64,000 nucleotides of DNA. It comes from Candidatus Hydrogenedentota bacterium. GTDB taxonomy: Bacteria; Hydrogenedentota; Hydrogenedentia; Hydrogenedentales; SLHB01. Location: positions 256,001-320,000 of the forward strand of contig CAXXTH010000010.1 in the NCBI GenBank assembly GCA_963668025.2. The letters are read 5' to 3'. Of this stretch, positions 47,441 through 58,355 are shown piece by piece (positions within the stretch are counted from its first letter, which is position 1; each line of letters starts with the position of its first letter). The position numbers and the translations under genes were made by a program. The notes below the pieces were generated by a model that searched no databases, had not been told where the DNA came from, and saw only the letters and a program-made list of their open reading frames with translations.

Positions 47441-49715
47441 ATGGAATGGAGCAAACGCGGAAACGCCTGGATATGGGCCGTGCTGGGGGCAATCGTGTTG
47501 CTGGCGGCCATACTGCGTGTGGTGAATATCCAGGCGGGATTTTGGTCGGATGAGATCCAGACGTACCGCGGGGCTTCACTTCCATTCGATGAAGTGTTGA
47601 GCCATCGCGCATACCCACTGTATTATCTGGTGGGGCATTTTATATTGAAACTCGTTGACGCGGAATGGGCATTACGGCTTCCGAGCATTCTGGCGGGCGT
47701 GCTGGGCGTACTGGCGATGTATGGGCTGGGCAGCGCGGCGGGGAGCCGGGGCGCGGGATTGCTGGCCGCGTTTCTATTGGCGGCCTCGCCCTTTCACCTC
47801 ATTCATAGCCAGGATGCGCGCTATTATACGTTCATGATGCTCGAGGGCGCACTGGCCATATGGCTGCTGCATTCGGTGCTTGAACAACCATCCATGTGGA
47901 AGTGGATACTGTATATCTTGGTCTGCAATCTGGCCTCCGTCACCCATCCGTTCACCTTGCCCGCCATTGCAGGCATAGCGGTTGGAGGCTGCGCTTGGGC
48001 GGTTTTCTCCGAAGCCCTCACGGGCTGGCGGATGCGGTTGCGCCGCGCGAGCGCGGTATTGCTCTTTACGGCGCTGGGAACATCGTTGTTCTGGTTTACA
48101 AGCTGGTATAGCCAGTTTCCACGTATCATAAAAGCGATACGGAATTACGCCCATTTGCTTCTCGACCCCAAAGTGCTGGCGCTCGTGGTGGTTCTACTTG
48201 TGGTGGCAGCCGTTGTGTGGCGGTATTGGAGCCGCCGGGCGCCCGCCATCGAGCCCGCTAAGGCAAGGCGTTCCCTTAACTACGTTTACTGGCTCCTATT
48301 GGCTGCATGCCTGGCATGGCTGGCGGTCTGGGGCGTATACCGGCTGCACCAAGCGCGCTTCCAAGGCGAATACCGGCCTTCCTACCGTGCATTGTATGAA
48401 ATCTCGGATGAACAGGCTAAAACAGAACGGGGTGAAACGGCTCTACCGATTGACTGTGCCCGATATATATGCGTTTTACGTGGAAGACTTCGCCGGCGAA
48501 TGGAATGCGCCTGCTAAGGCCGCGCTGGCCTTCCTCATTCTCGCGGGCGCTGTGTTTCTCGCGCGCACGCGCCTGCCGCTTGCTTGGATCACGGCGTCCA
48601 CATTGATAATCGCTCCGCTTCCCTTCTGCATTATTCCATTCCCCCAGCGGCAAGTGGCCCGGTATTTCTGCATTGATTATGTGCTCCTCCTCTTATTGGC
48701 GGGGCTTGGAGGAGTATATGCGCTTCGTTATTTATGGGAACGCCGAAAGCAAGGAAAGCTGGCGCAAGCAGCCCCTTATGCCGCCGCTCTGGTGATGGCG
48801 GCGCTCCTGGCCCCAAGCATCGGAACCGCCTTGGCCAAGCATACCGAAGGACGGTTGTTCGGACGGCGGGATTATGGCGGCCTCATGCGGTACATCGAGC
48901 CGCGCTTCGCGGCGGGCGATGTCATCGTATCCGCCATTCCCGAAGATGCCCCCTTTACCCCCTACCGGCAAGTCGAGTTTCCGTGTTCATTCTACGCGGC
49001 GAGGCTGTTTCCCAATCCCGAACCGTATTACCGCGCGCGCCGGTATGATCCAGCCACAACGCCCGAAAAACTGGCGGACATTCTTCGTGACAATCCCTAT
49101 TCCAATTTGTGGGTGCTGGGCGTGGATAATTGGCCTGCTGGACCGGATTTTTATAAAGCCCTCGAGCAATATGGCGCCACGGATGTCCGCCATTTTTTTT
49201 CACTTCAACTCTGGTCGATTCCTGCACAAACGCCTGATCCGTCCAAATGGACTGGCTCGATACTGATTAATGGCGATATTGAAGAGGCATGGGATTCGGG
49301 TGATATGCCGCCCGGCTGGCGGCGCATTTTATCGCAAGACTTCATCGTAGCACGTGAAGAGGAAAGCCGCCACGGCGGCGCTCAATCCATGATGATCTTG
49401 GGCCGCGAAGACAAGGATGTGCATGTTGCCGTAGCCAGCACACTTGACCAATCGGCGCTTCGTGGACGGGATATGGTATTCACGGCTTGGGTGCGCACCA
49501 CGGAACCCGCGTCCACGTATATCCAAATCATTGATGGCTGGAAGACGTATCACAGCGTAATGGCCGTCCATCCGAATACATGGGAACGGATTACCGCCTC
49601 CGCCCACATTAGCCCCGAAAGCGCTTCTACCGTCTTTGATATTACCTTGAAAAAGCATTCGCCGCCTGTCGCATGTATTGTAGACGACGCCCGCGCCGTG
49701 TGCTCGCGCCCCTGA
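47441..49715 (+). pseudogene. GT39/PMT-like glycosyltransferase split by a frameshift (ORFs 47441-48517 and 48198-49715)
   Basis: FWSDE, PLYY, LRLPS, SQDARYY in the first frame; TM segments, RYF and a C-terminal CBM-like domain (LINGDIEE..PPGW) continue in the +1 frame from about 48420. Confidence 0.7.
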
Positions 49716-49817
49716 CGGGTTACCGAATTCAGTAACACTTTAGCCATCTGAAGTAAAAGCATCGGGATGATTTTTACAACCGCGAATACAGAGTAAACCG
49801 CCTTTGATGGAGGGATC

Positions 49818-49968
49818 TTTTTAGACATGATTTACATGATTGACAAGATTGGAAAAGATCGCAACGATTCTTTATGAAGCCAAACCATGAAAAAAAGCGA
49901 GCATGTTTTTTCATGTAGAGGAATTGCCATTAAAAAATCTTGTCCATCTTGTAAATCATGTCTAAAAA
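49818..49968. repeat. Palindromic element with arms of three 9-nt units
   Basis: tttttagacatgatttacatgattgacaagatt matches the reverse complement of 49936-49968 at 31/33 positions. Confidence 0.85.
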
Positions 49969-50003
49969 AACTCTTTCTTCATTCCGCAAAAGTGTTTCCA
50001 AAT

Positions 50004-52595
50004 TCATTCCTGGATGTCGAATCGCGCAATCAAGACGCCCAGCAGCGCGGTTTCCTGTCCCTCGCCTACGCTGGCGGGAGAACGGCGGTCGGGAAGATGG
50101 AATACGAGCGTGTTTTCTTTTTGGAAATAGGATGCGGGAAAAGACAGCCGGACCGTTTCAGCGCGCGCGCCGGCCATCTCGATATATCCGGCGGGATGCC
50201 CGTTTAATTCCAGGCCGATTTTCTGCTTGCCAAAACTGCGCCCATAAAATGACACCACAGGATCCGTGGCATGCTCAAGATTGAAATGCAACGCAGCATA
50301 TTCATCAATACTCCATCGGCCGCTTCGGCCTCGATTGCCCCATCCCTTACCCACATAGGGATCGGATTCAGCATCGGTGAAATCAATACGCCGCACTCCC
50401 CGCCACGCCAGTATTTTGGGGTCTACCCATAACCCATGAGGAGGCGCTTCCGCCCCCGTGCTGTCCACGCGAAACTCGAACTGCACCGTTTCACCCGCAA
50501 GCGCTTGCAGCGACGATTGTACAGGGGCAAGCTGCTGGTCTTCGGGCCTGTTTTTCGGATCCAATTCTTGGGAGTAGATTTCGGTTATGCTTCCATCTGC
50601 GCGGCGCGCGGATATGCGGAACATAACCGGCGCAGAGGACTCCCAGAAGCGTTTCGGCACATAGGGGGCCGCGAGCAGGCTGCTTTCATCCCGCACGGTA
50701 TAAGGCGGAAACACAATAGTCTCGCCCGGTTTGAGGAGTATGCTATCGTAGAGCTTTTTCTCAATGAGCACGGGAATGCTTTTGGGGACAGCCCCAGCGT
50801 CGGAGGACTCTATCCTGGCTTCATCCATGGCCTTCAAGAACCGGTAATCCACCATGGCAATTTCATAGATGGTTCCGATTTCACCTTCATATATTAGGCG
50901 TGCGCCGCGTTTTTCCAGGTAATCGGACAGGAAAGCATATTCCCGTTTGAGGGAATACTCTTCCGGCCCTTTTCCAGGCGAAACATAATGCGTGCGCCCA
51001 AAGCCATAATATGTCGGTTTTTTGGTGCGGTCGGCAATGCGGTTATCCAAGCCGGTTTTCGCCACCAGAATATACCGGATGTCATGCTTGTCCACCAGAT
51101 CCTCGAAGGAGCGCTGGTTAAACGGCTGCCGGTAGAGATAGCGAGCGCCATCCCCCAGATAGAGGTCTGACGTGAGGAGGTTGTCCAATGCATAATAGAG
51201 GTGGGGTGTCAGGAGGATGCGGTTTTGCGAATCCACTCGGTTTTTCATGATGTCGTATACAACACGCCGAGGATTGGGCTCTCCCAGTTTCGCGTTCCAT
51301 GGCATGATGGGGCCCGCGCTGGCGGCCAGCCCCAATACCAGGAGAACCATGATCGCCTGTTCCGTACGTTTCGCCCAAATGCCGCGCGCCGCGTTACCGC
51401 CCCGCCGCTTAGCGAACGCACACAGGCCAGCCCGAAGCGCTCTTTTAAACCATATGGCGATACCCAAGAACAAAAATGGCGCGACAGGGATGAATAAACG
51501 CCCATGGCCCAGCCCCATATCTGGTTTCGCGATGGCCACCAAAGACGCATAGGCAAAGTACAACACAAAGGGGAAATACAACCATCGAAGCGCCGCAAGC
51601 CGCACTCGCTTCCCGCGCCATAAACACCAGGCCGCCGTGGCCGCCGCCATGAAGGCGCTTATCCCCAAGGCCGCGATGCCGGCATGAAAGGAGTATTCAC
51701 CAAAATAATATGCATCCACCGTATCTAGAATATGAAGAAAATCCAATCCATGCTTGTAGAATGGCGGGGAGGTTCCGGGAGCCGACAGCACGCTGGCTTC
51801 GCGCTCGATTTTTTCCGTGATCTTTCCGGTCACTTCTTCCGGCCGGTAAATCAGGCTCCACAGGGCGTAATGCATGAGGAAAGCGAAACAGAACAAGCCA
51901 CACGCGGCGGCAAACCGCCTAAATGCATGCTTTCGCCGCCACAATGCAGCAGCGTCAAGAGCCAGCATGAAAATAAACGGGCCAACAAGCACCGCCAGTT
52001 CTTCATGCGTATGTGCGGCGGCTCCAATCAAGAAGCCTGACAATCCCAAGGAAATCCAATCCCATCGGGCTGGAAGATTTTTATGCCGCACATAGCTCAA
52101 AAAACAATATATGGCCAGCAACACGAACGTCGCGGAATGGGCATGGACATATTCGCCTCGCACCAGTTCAACAAGGTTCGGGGAAAAGGCATAAAGAATT
52201 ACCGGACATAAGGCAAGCCACCGGCTGCGGGTAATCCGAATGGCGATGAGAAAAATCAGGAGTATGTTCAAGGAATCGGCAAGGCCGTTTAACAGCTTGA
52301 TCGCATAATCAGTGGGCCCCAAGAGCCGTGTAACCAGCCCATACAATAAGAAGGAAACAGGACGGTATACGGGCCGGCCCGTGCCGGTAATGTCAAAATA
52401 ATGGAAATTCCCTGCCGCCCACTCCACCCCGGCCCGCCAGTAGCATATGGCGTCGCCTTTTTGGAGGCCTACGGTAAGGATGTGGGCTAGGCGCACATAA
52501 ATGGCGGCCAGCCAGAGCAGTCCGAACAAGAGCACAGGCAGCACGGGAGCACTTAGCCGGAACAGCTTGCTAAGATGAGCCTTATATGGAGGCAT
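50004..52595 (-). CDS. Large GT-C (ArnT/PMT-like) glycosyltransferase with C-terminal beta-domains
   Basis: GDAICY, YRP, many TM helices, RLFIP; long soluble C-terminus. Confidence 0.75.
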   Translation of the reverse strand: MPPYKAHLSKLFRLSAPVLPVLLFGLLWLAAIYVRLAHILTVGLQKGDAICYWRAGVEWAAGNFHYFDITGTGRPVYRPVSFLLYGLVTRLLGPTDYAIKLLNGLADSLNILLIFLIAIRITRSRWLALCPVILYAFSPNLVELVRGEYVHAHSATFVLLAIYCFLSYVRHKNLPARWDWISLGLSGFLIGAAAHTHEELAVLVGPFIFMLALDAAALWRRKHAFRRFAAACGLFCFAFLMHYALWSLIYRPEEVTGKITEKIEREASVLSAPGTSPPFYKHGLDFLHILDTVDAYYFGEYSFHAGIAALGISAFMAAATAAWCLWRGKRVRLAALRWLYFPFVLYFAYASLVAIAKPDMGLGHGRLFIPVAPFLFLGIAIWFKRALRAGLCAFAKRRGGNAARGIWAKRTEQAIMVLLVLGLAASAGPIMPWNAKLGEPNPRRVVYDIMKNRVDSQNRILLTPHLYYALDNLLTSDLYLGDGARYLYRQPFNQRSFEDLVDKHDIRYILVAKTGLDNRIADRTKKPTYYGFGRTHYVSPGKGPEEYSLKREYAFLSDYLEKRGARLIYEGEIGTIYEIAMVDYRFLKAMDEARIESSDAGAVPKSIPVLIEKKLYDSILLKPGETIVFPPYTVRDESSLLAAPYVPKRFWESSAPVMFRISARRADGSITEIYSQELDPKNRPEDQQLAPVQSSLQALAGETVQFEFRVDSTGAEAPPHGLWVDPKILAWRGVRRIDFTDAESDPYVGKGWGNRGRSGRWSIDEYAALHFNLEHATDPVVSFYGRSFGKQKIGLELNGHPAGYIEMAGARAETVRLSFPASYFQKENTLVFHLPDRRSPASVGEGQETALLGVLIARFDIQE

Positions 52596-52848
52596 GCAGA
52601 GTCTCCATTTTTCCCGTGTTACATGTACGCGCCATCCAGATACAGCCTCGCCCGGGATTCCCCTCAGTATCCGGTAAGAGCCTGAATCGTATGCATATAG
52701 GGTAACTGAACCACACCCATTCTAGCGATCAGGCGTAGACTGCGCAAGCGCTTTTCCATCTTTTTTTTCATCATTCCCGCAAGAAAATAGCTAATTTTGC
52801 AGCCTCCTACGAAATATCGCTTTATGATTGGCGCAAGGCCAAACCAAG

Positions 52849-52904
52849 AAAAAAAGCTCCTACGGGAGCGCTTCACACCATGAGCCGCCCACGTGGGAGC
52901 TTTA
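52849..52904 (-). terminator. Probable intrinsic terminator after the porin gene
   Basis: Minus strand aaagctcc...ggagct followed by a T-run. Confidence 0.55.
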
Positions 52905-52922
52905 TTCCATATATTGGCTGGA

Positions 52923-54485
52923 CTAGAACGCCAGCGTCGTTAGGAAGTAAACGTAATCCACATCCTCATCGCTCCGCCCGCCAATATTCGCCAAGCCGTT
53001 GCCGTCGGTGAATGCTACGCCGCTGCCAATCGCATCGCCCACGAAAAAGTGGGTGTATCCCGCTTCGAAGCTCAAGTCTTCCGTATATTGGTACGAGGTG
53101 ACGAGAGCCGCCTGCCAGCCGATATCCTTGCTGTTTTCCGTGGTCCAGAACGGAAGGTTCGGCGCTACCGGCACGAGGAAGCGTCCCAGTCGGAAGAACA
53201 CAGGATTATCAAAGGGTTCGACGATCTGATAATGCCGTACCTGGAAATCGATTTCGATGGATTCCGTAGCGGCTATCGTCGCGCCTATATATGCTTTCCA
53301 GAAATTCGACATGGCGGACGCGTCACATAAGTCATCTTCCCGCCACAAGGAGAACAGGCGGTTGAACGATACGCTCGCCTCAGGCCGGTCAAACGGATTC
53401 AGCCATTCACCGAACGAGAGCTCCCTATTGTCTTCACCGCCATAATATGCCCCGCCAATGTACGCACGCGGTGTGAAACGCGTATCGAAGGTATAGCCTA
53501 TTTCGGCGTGGCCAGCCCATGCGCCAAATTCAGCCCTATCATCGCCATACAGTTCGCCCACGGGTACGAACAGAGCTCCTACGGAATCGGCGTCGCCAAA
53601 TTGGTATGCCATTTCCGCTTCGAAATCCAGCGCATTCCATTCGCCAGCGGCACGAAATCCCACGGTATGCAGATTCGTCACATCATAATCATCCAGCTCC
53701 AGCACGCCCTCGAGCCATTCCGCAGGCCAGGAGAAGTTGCTGTCATTAATGCCGCGCCCATCCCGCACCCACATCCAATAGGCGTCAAACGCCATATTAT
53801 CCACGCCTGTGTAGCTGGCGTATATGCCATAAAAATCGGCGTCGCCATCTTCTTCCGCCAATCCACTCTCGAAGAGTTTCGCCGCCCATGCATCCACGCT
53901 CCAAGCGTCAACGGCATAGGTTAAGCGCACCGCATCAAAGGACAGGCCCACACACGGGTCCGGACCCGGATCAGAGCCCACCAGCCAGCCGGAGCCGAAT
54001 TCCATCTCCTGGCGGCCAATCCGCAAGCGCAACGGAGCACCGAACATCTCATTCGCTTCGATATACCCTTGATACAGTTCGGTGCGGTTCACGCCCGCGC
54101 TGCGGAAATCCGCCCCCGTGATGTAGTTTGAGCGGAAATTCTCTCCCCAAGTGTCAATGTAGTCAAACTCGATAAACGCCTTCACGTTGTCCGAAAAATC
54201 GGCGCTTACATGCAAGCGGGTGCGCTGTTCATAATAACCCACCGAGTTGCCGCCCTCGCCCGCGCGAATGGCCGAAATCGTCCCATCCGGCCCAATGGCG
54301 CGCCCTGGAAGCCATGCATCGGGTATGCGCACCGCCGCGCCGCTGGTTTCGTAATAATTTGAATACCAAGCACCGTAGATCTCCAGTTTCCCGCCTACTT
54401 GCACATTCTGCAATTCCGCGGACGCTACACCTGCCAGTAAACCACACGCAAGCATCACCGCTGTCCATTTCGCTTTTTTACCCAC
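52923..54485 (-). CDS. Alginate-export-family outer-membrane beta-barrel protein
   Basis: Signal peptide; EQRTRL, LYQGYIE, LRIGRQE..FG..WLVG, SFDAVRL; C-terminal Phe. Confidence 0.82.
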   Translation of the reverse strand: MGKKAKWTAVMLACGLLAGVASAELQNVQVGGKLEIYGAWYSNYYETSGAAVRIPDAWLPGRAIGPDGTISAIRAGEGGNSVGYYEQRTRLHVSADFSDNVKAFIEFDYIDTWGENFRSNYITGADFRSAGVNRTELYQGYIEANEMFGAPLRLRIGRQEMEFGSGWLVGSDPGPDPCVGLSFDAVRLTYAVDAWSVDAWAAKLFESGLAEEDGDADFYGIYASYTGVDNMAFDAYWMWVRDGRGINDSNFSWPAEWLEGVLELDDYDVTNLHTVGFRAAGEWNALDFEAEMAYQFGDADSVGALFVPVGELYGDDRAEFGAWAGHAEIGYTFDTRFTPRAYIGGAYYGGEDNRELSFGEWLNPFDRPEASVSFNRLFSLWREDDLCDASAMSNFWKAYIGATIAATESIEIDFQVRHYQIVEPFDNPVFFRLGRFLVPVAPNLPFWTTENSKDIGWQAALVTSYQYTEDLSFEAGYTHFFVGDAIGSGVAFTDGNGLANIGGRSDEDVDYVYFLTTLAF

Positions 54486-54760
54486 TTGGCGCCACCTCCA
54501 TTCTCTGCCGAAAATTCAATTCCCGGCTATTATATCAACACGCTTCTCACAAGAAGTAACCCGATGCAAGTATTACAAAATATAAAAAAGTATGTCAACA
54601 CCCATCCGCATCTATTCGTGGTCTGAAATAATTCTCTTCAACGTGGTCATGCTACGCTTTCGTATCCCATACAGAACCTCGTCCAGCACTCATTCTTCTC
54701 ATAGAATTTTAAGCATGAATCTGCTTTTCCGCCGGGGCTTCACCCGCTATAATCTCCACC

Positions 54761-56449
54761 ATGAACATTTTAGGCATAGGCGGATACTCGCATGATTCGG
54801 CGGCGGTGCTGGTGTGTGACGGGCGTATCGTGGCGGGAGTGGCCGAGGAGCGGCTCACGCGCGTGAAACACCAGGGAGGCGTGCCGCGCGAAGCCGTGCG
54901 CTATTGCCTCGAAACAGCGGGACTAAAGCCGGACGACATTGACCATATCGGGTGCTACATGCGCCCAGGGCTTCGGCTGATGCGGCGCGCACCGTACCGC
55001 TTGGCGCAAATCGTGCGTTCGCCCAAGTATTCATTAGGCTATATAGCCTATGAAGCCATTCATAATACGCAATATGCGTGGGGTATGCGGAGCTTGTGCG
55101 GCAAGCGCACGAGGCTCCATTTCCTCGAACACCACCCGGCCCATGCGGCGAGCGCGTTCCTGGTGAGCCCCTATGACGAAGCGGCGCTGCTGACCGTGGA
55201 CTACATCGGCGAGTGGGCGGCCACGTGGATGGGCATAGGGCGCGGAACCCACATCACGCAGTTGGATGCGGTCAATTACCCCCAATCGCTGGGCGTGTTT
55301 TATTCGGCCCTCACGGACTACCTGGGCTTCCGCCGGGCCAGTGACGAGTATAAGGTCATGGGCTTGGCGTCGTATGGCGAACCGGCGTACTACGATGACT
55401 TCGCGCGGATTGTCCGGCCTGGCCCGAATGGGCGCTACACGATGGATATGTCGTGGTTCCAGTGCCAGTATCTGCCTGGCTCGCGGCTCGGGTACTTCTC
55501 GAAAAAGTTCATCGGGCATTTCGGCCCGCCGCGCCGGAAAGATGAGCCTATCGAGGAGCGCCACCGCAACATCGCCGCGTCGGCCCAGCGTATTCTGGAA
55601 GACGTGGTGCTGTCCATGGCGCGGGCGCTCGCGAAACGCACCGGGCTCAAACACCTGTGCATGGCGGGCGGCGTGGCGCTTAATTGCGCCATGAACGGGC
55701 GCCTGTTGCGCGAGGGGCCATTCGAGTCCATTTTCGTGCAGCCCGCCTCGGGCGACGACGGCATCGCCATTGGCGCGGCGCTCCAATTGCACCACCGGTT
55801 CACGGGCGCGCCCCGGGGTGAAGTGATGCGAGACGCCTGCATCGGCCCGGCGTATTCGAACGCCGAGATCCGCGCGTTTCTTGACCTCGCCAAGATCCCC
55901 TATATCGAAACAGATAATGCCCCTGAACGCGCGGCGGAGTTGATCGCCGAGGGGCTCATTGTCGGCTGGTACCAAGGCCGCATGGAATATGGCCCTCGCG
56001 CGCTCGGGTCGCGCAGCATCCTCGCCGACCCCACGCGGGCGGACATGAAAGATTTGATCAACAAATATGTGAAGCATCGCGAAGAGTTCCGGCCCTTCGC
56101 ACCGAGCGTGCTTGTCGAGCGGGCGGGCGAATACTTCGAAGGTTGCACCGAGTCGCCTTTCATGCTCTTCGTGTATCCCGTGCGTGCGGAAAAGCGCGCC
56201 GCCGTACCCGCCATCACGCATGTGGACGGCACGGCCCGCGTGCAAACCGTCGCGAAAGACGTGAATCCGAAGTATTACGCCTTGATCGAGGCCTTCGAAC
56301 GCCTGCGCGGCGCGCCGATGGTGCTGAACACCTCATTCAACGTCAACAAAGAGCCTATCGTCAATACCCCCGCCGACGCGGTGCGTTGTTTCTATAGCAC
56401 CGGAATGGACGCGCTAGTGCTCGGTGATTTCGTGGTGCGGAAGCGGTGA
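54761..56449 (+). CDS. O-carbamoyltransferase (NodU/CmcH family)
   Basis: HDSAA, EERLTRVKH, HHPAHAASAF, EYKVMGLASYG, GGVALN, GPRALGSRS, FRPFAP, HVDGTAR, NTSFN. Confidence 0.95.
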   Translation: MNILGIGGYSHDSAAVLVCDGRIVAGVAEERLTRVKHQGGVPREAVRYCLETAGLKPDDIDHIGCYMRPGLRLMRRAPYRLAQIVRSPKYSLGYIAYEAIHNTQYAWGMRSLCGKRTRLHFLEHHPAHAASAFLVSPYDEAALLTVDYIGEWAATWMGIGRGTHITQLDAVNYPQSLGVFYSALTDYLGFRRASDEYKVMGLASYGEPAYYDDFARIVRPGPNGRYTMDMSWFQCQYLPGSRLGYFSKKFIGHFGPPRRKDEPIEERHRNIAASAQRILEDVVLSMARALAKRTGLKHLCMAGGVALNCAMNGRLLREGPFESIFVQPASGDDGIAIGAALQLHHRFTGAPRGEVMRDACIGPAYSNAEIRAFLDLAKIPYIETDNAPERAAELIAEGLIVGWYQGRMEYGPRALGSRSILADPTRADMKDLINKYVKHREEFRPFAPSVLVERAGEYFEGCTESPFMLFVYPVRAEKRAAVPAITHVDGTARVQTVAKDVNPKYYALIEAFERLRGAPMVLNTSFNVNKEPIVNTPADAVRCFYSTGMDALVLGDFVVRKR

Positions 56450-57579
56450 AGATTTTTATTCCCACCGTGGATTATCCGCCCATCGAGGGAGGCATCAGCA
56501 CCGTGGCGCTCGAAGTATCGCGCGCCTTGGCGGCTCGGGGTCACAGCGTCACTATCGCCGCGCCGTATTTCCCCGGCATGGACGCCTTCGACGCCGCCGA
56601 GCCCACCCATGTGCTGCGCTGGCGCGGGTACGGCCTCGGCCTGTTGCGCCTTATCCCGTTTCTATGGGCGGCATGGCCCCATGCGCGCCAGGCGGATTTG
56701 ATTCTCGCCATCAACAACACCTACGGCGGAGTGCTGGGCTGGCTGGCGCATGGACGTTTTGGCGCGCCTTATGTGGTGTTCGCTTACGCCTACGAATTCC
56801 TGAAATACCGCAAACACCCTCTCGCCGCGCGCCTGCTGCGGGGCATTTATGCCCGCGCGCGCGCCGTCATAGCCATCAGCGGCTACACGCGCACGCGCCT
56901 AGTGGAATTCGGCGTGGACCCCGCGCGCATCAAGGTTATACTCCCGGGAGCCACGCCCGCAACGCCCATATCCGCGGAAACGCTCGAAGCCGTCCGCGAA
57001 CGGTATGTGCTCGATTCGCGGCCCATTATTCTCGCCGTGGGACGCTTCATTCCGCGTAAAGGTTTCCGCACGCTCGTGCGCGCGCTCCCAGCGCTCCTGG
57101 AACGCCACCCGGATGCGCTGCTCGTGCTTGTGGGGCGCGGGCCCGATATGAGCCCCGTCTGTAAAATCGCCCATAAACTGGGCGTGCGCGAACATGTCAT
57201 CCTGCCGGGCCGGTTAGATGACGCCGAAGTAGCGGCGCTTTATGAGTTATGCGATGTCTTTGCCCTGCCCACGGGTGAAGGAGCAAACGGGCAAGTCGAA
57301 GGCTTCGGCCTTGTCTTCACGGAAGCGCACGCCCACGGCAAGCCCGTGGTGGCGGGACGTTCAGGCGGCGTCGAGGACGCCGTACTCGATGGCGAGACCG
57401 GTATTCTGATTCCTCCTGGCGATGAAGCGGCCTTGGCGGCGGCGATTCTTTCCTTGTTGGATGAGCCTTCCCGCGCCCACGCCATGGGCGAGGCAGGCCG
57501 CCGCCGTGTCGAATCGGAGCTGAATTGGACGCATTTCGTGGAGCGCCTGCTGGATGCGAGGTCTCTAAAAAATGAATAA
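56446..57579 (+). CDS. Glycosyltransferase family 4
   Basis: DYPPIEGG, GRFIPRKG, EGFGLVFTEA, SGGVEDAV. Confidence 0.92.
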   Translation: MKIFIPTVDYPPIEGGISTVALEVSRALAARGHSVTIAAPYFPGMDAFDAAEPTHVLRWRGYGLGLLRLIPFLWAAWPHARQADLILAINNTYGGVLGWLAHGRFGAPYVVFAYAYEFLKYRKHPLAARLLRGIYARARAVIAISGYTRTRLVEFGVDPARIKVILPGATPATPISAETLEAVRERYVLDSRPIILAVGRFIPRKGFRTLVRALPALLERHPDALLVLVGRGPDMSPVCKIAHKLGVREHVILPGRLDDAEVAALYELCDVFALPTGEGANGQVEGFGLVFTEAHAHGKPVVAGRSGGVEDAVLDGETGILIPPGDEAALAAAILSLLDEPSRAHAMGEAGRRRVESELNWTHFVERLLDARSLKNE

Positions 57580-57633
57580 TATACTTATGATACGATAGGA
57601 TGTGCGTAGGAATTTACTATCTGTATATAATAT

Positions 57634-58333
57634 ATGTCCCGAAGGGACTATCCAACACAGCCCAGGGCCATCCGCCGCCTGAAAGGCAAGGATGACCCTG
57701 GGTAGGATGGCCCAATTGAAAACGCCCTGTAGGGGCGTCTCAAAGAGACAAACGGAGAAACGCTATGCCGCAATCGCTTGCCCATCTTGGATTGCACATT
57801 GTGTTTTCGACCAAAAACCGGCGTTCATGGCTGGAATCATCCGCGTTGCGTGATAGTCTGTATGCATATATTTCAGGGGTGCTGCGCGGACACGATTCAC
57901 CTGCGGTTATCATCGGAGGCACTTCGAACCACATTCATGTGCTGTGTCTTCTTTCTAGAAAAATAACGGTTGCGGAGCTGATAAAAGAAACCAAGCGTAC
58001 GGCGACTCTATGGCTGCGAGAGAAAACGCCGGATTGCCGTGATTTTCAATGGCAAGCGGGATATGCTGCCTTTAGTGTGAGCGCGTCCAGCATGGAACAG
58101 GTGCGGCAGTACATCCTGCATCAGGAAGAGCATCATCGAGAGATGGATTTTAGCGGCGAGTTTCGCAAATTATTGGAAAAACACGGCATCGAATATGATG
58201 AACGTTATGTATGGGATTAATCATTGGGACGCCCCTACAGGGCGTTTAGGTGGGGTCGTGCGCACCCAGGGTCATCCTTGCCTTTCAGGCTGCGGACGAC
58301 CCTGGGCTATGTTGGGTAGTCCCTTCGGGACAT
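57634..58333 (+). mobile_element. IS200/RAYT-like element: HUH transposase flanked by 113-bp structured inverted repeats
   Basis: 57634-57746 and 58221-58333 are reverse complements apart from scattered substitutions and a variable segment of about 15 nt. Confidence 0.88.
57765..58220 (+). CDS. Y1 HUH tyrosine transposase (IS200/IS605 TnpA or RAYT-like)
   Basis: HIVFSTKNR, NHIHVL (HUH), FQWQAGYAAFSVS, VRQYILHQEEHH (catalytic Tyr); no tnpB follows. Confidence 0.92.
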   Translation: MPQSLAHLGLHIVFSTKNRRSWLESSALRDSLYAYISGVLRGHDSPAVIIGGTSNHIHVLCLLSRKITVAELIKETKRTATLWLREKTPDCRDFQWQAGYAAFSVSASSMEQVRQYILHQEEHHREMDFSGEFRKLLEKHGIEYDERYVWD

Positions 58334-58355
58334 CCCTCGATGTCTCGGAGGCCCA

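Noticed and set aside
57765-58355. IS605-type TnpB/omegaRNA system
   Set aside because: No tnpB follows the HUH transposase; the right arm is followed directly by a GT4 gene.
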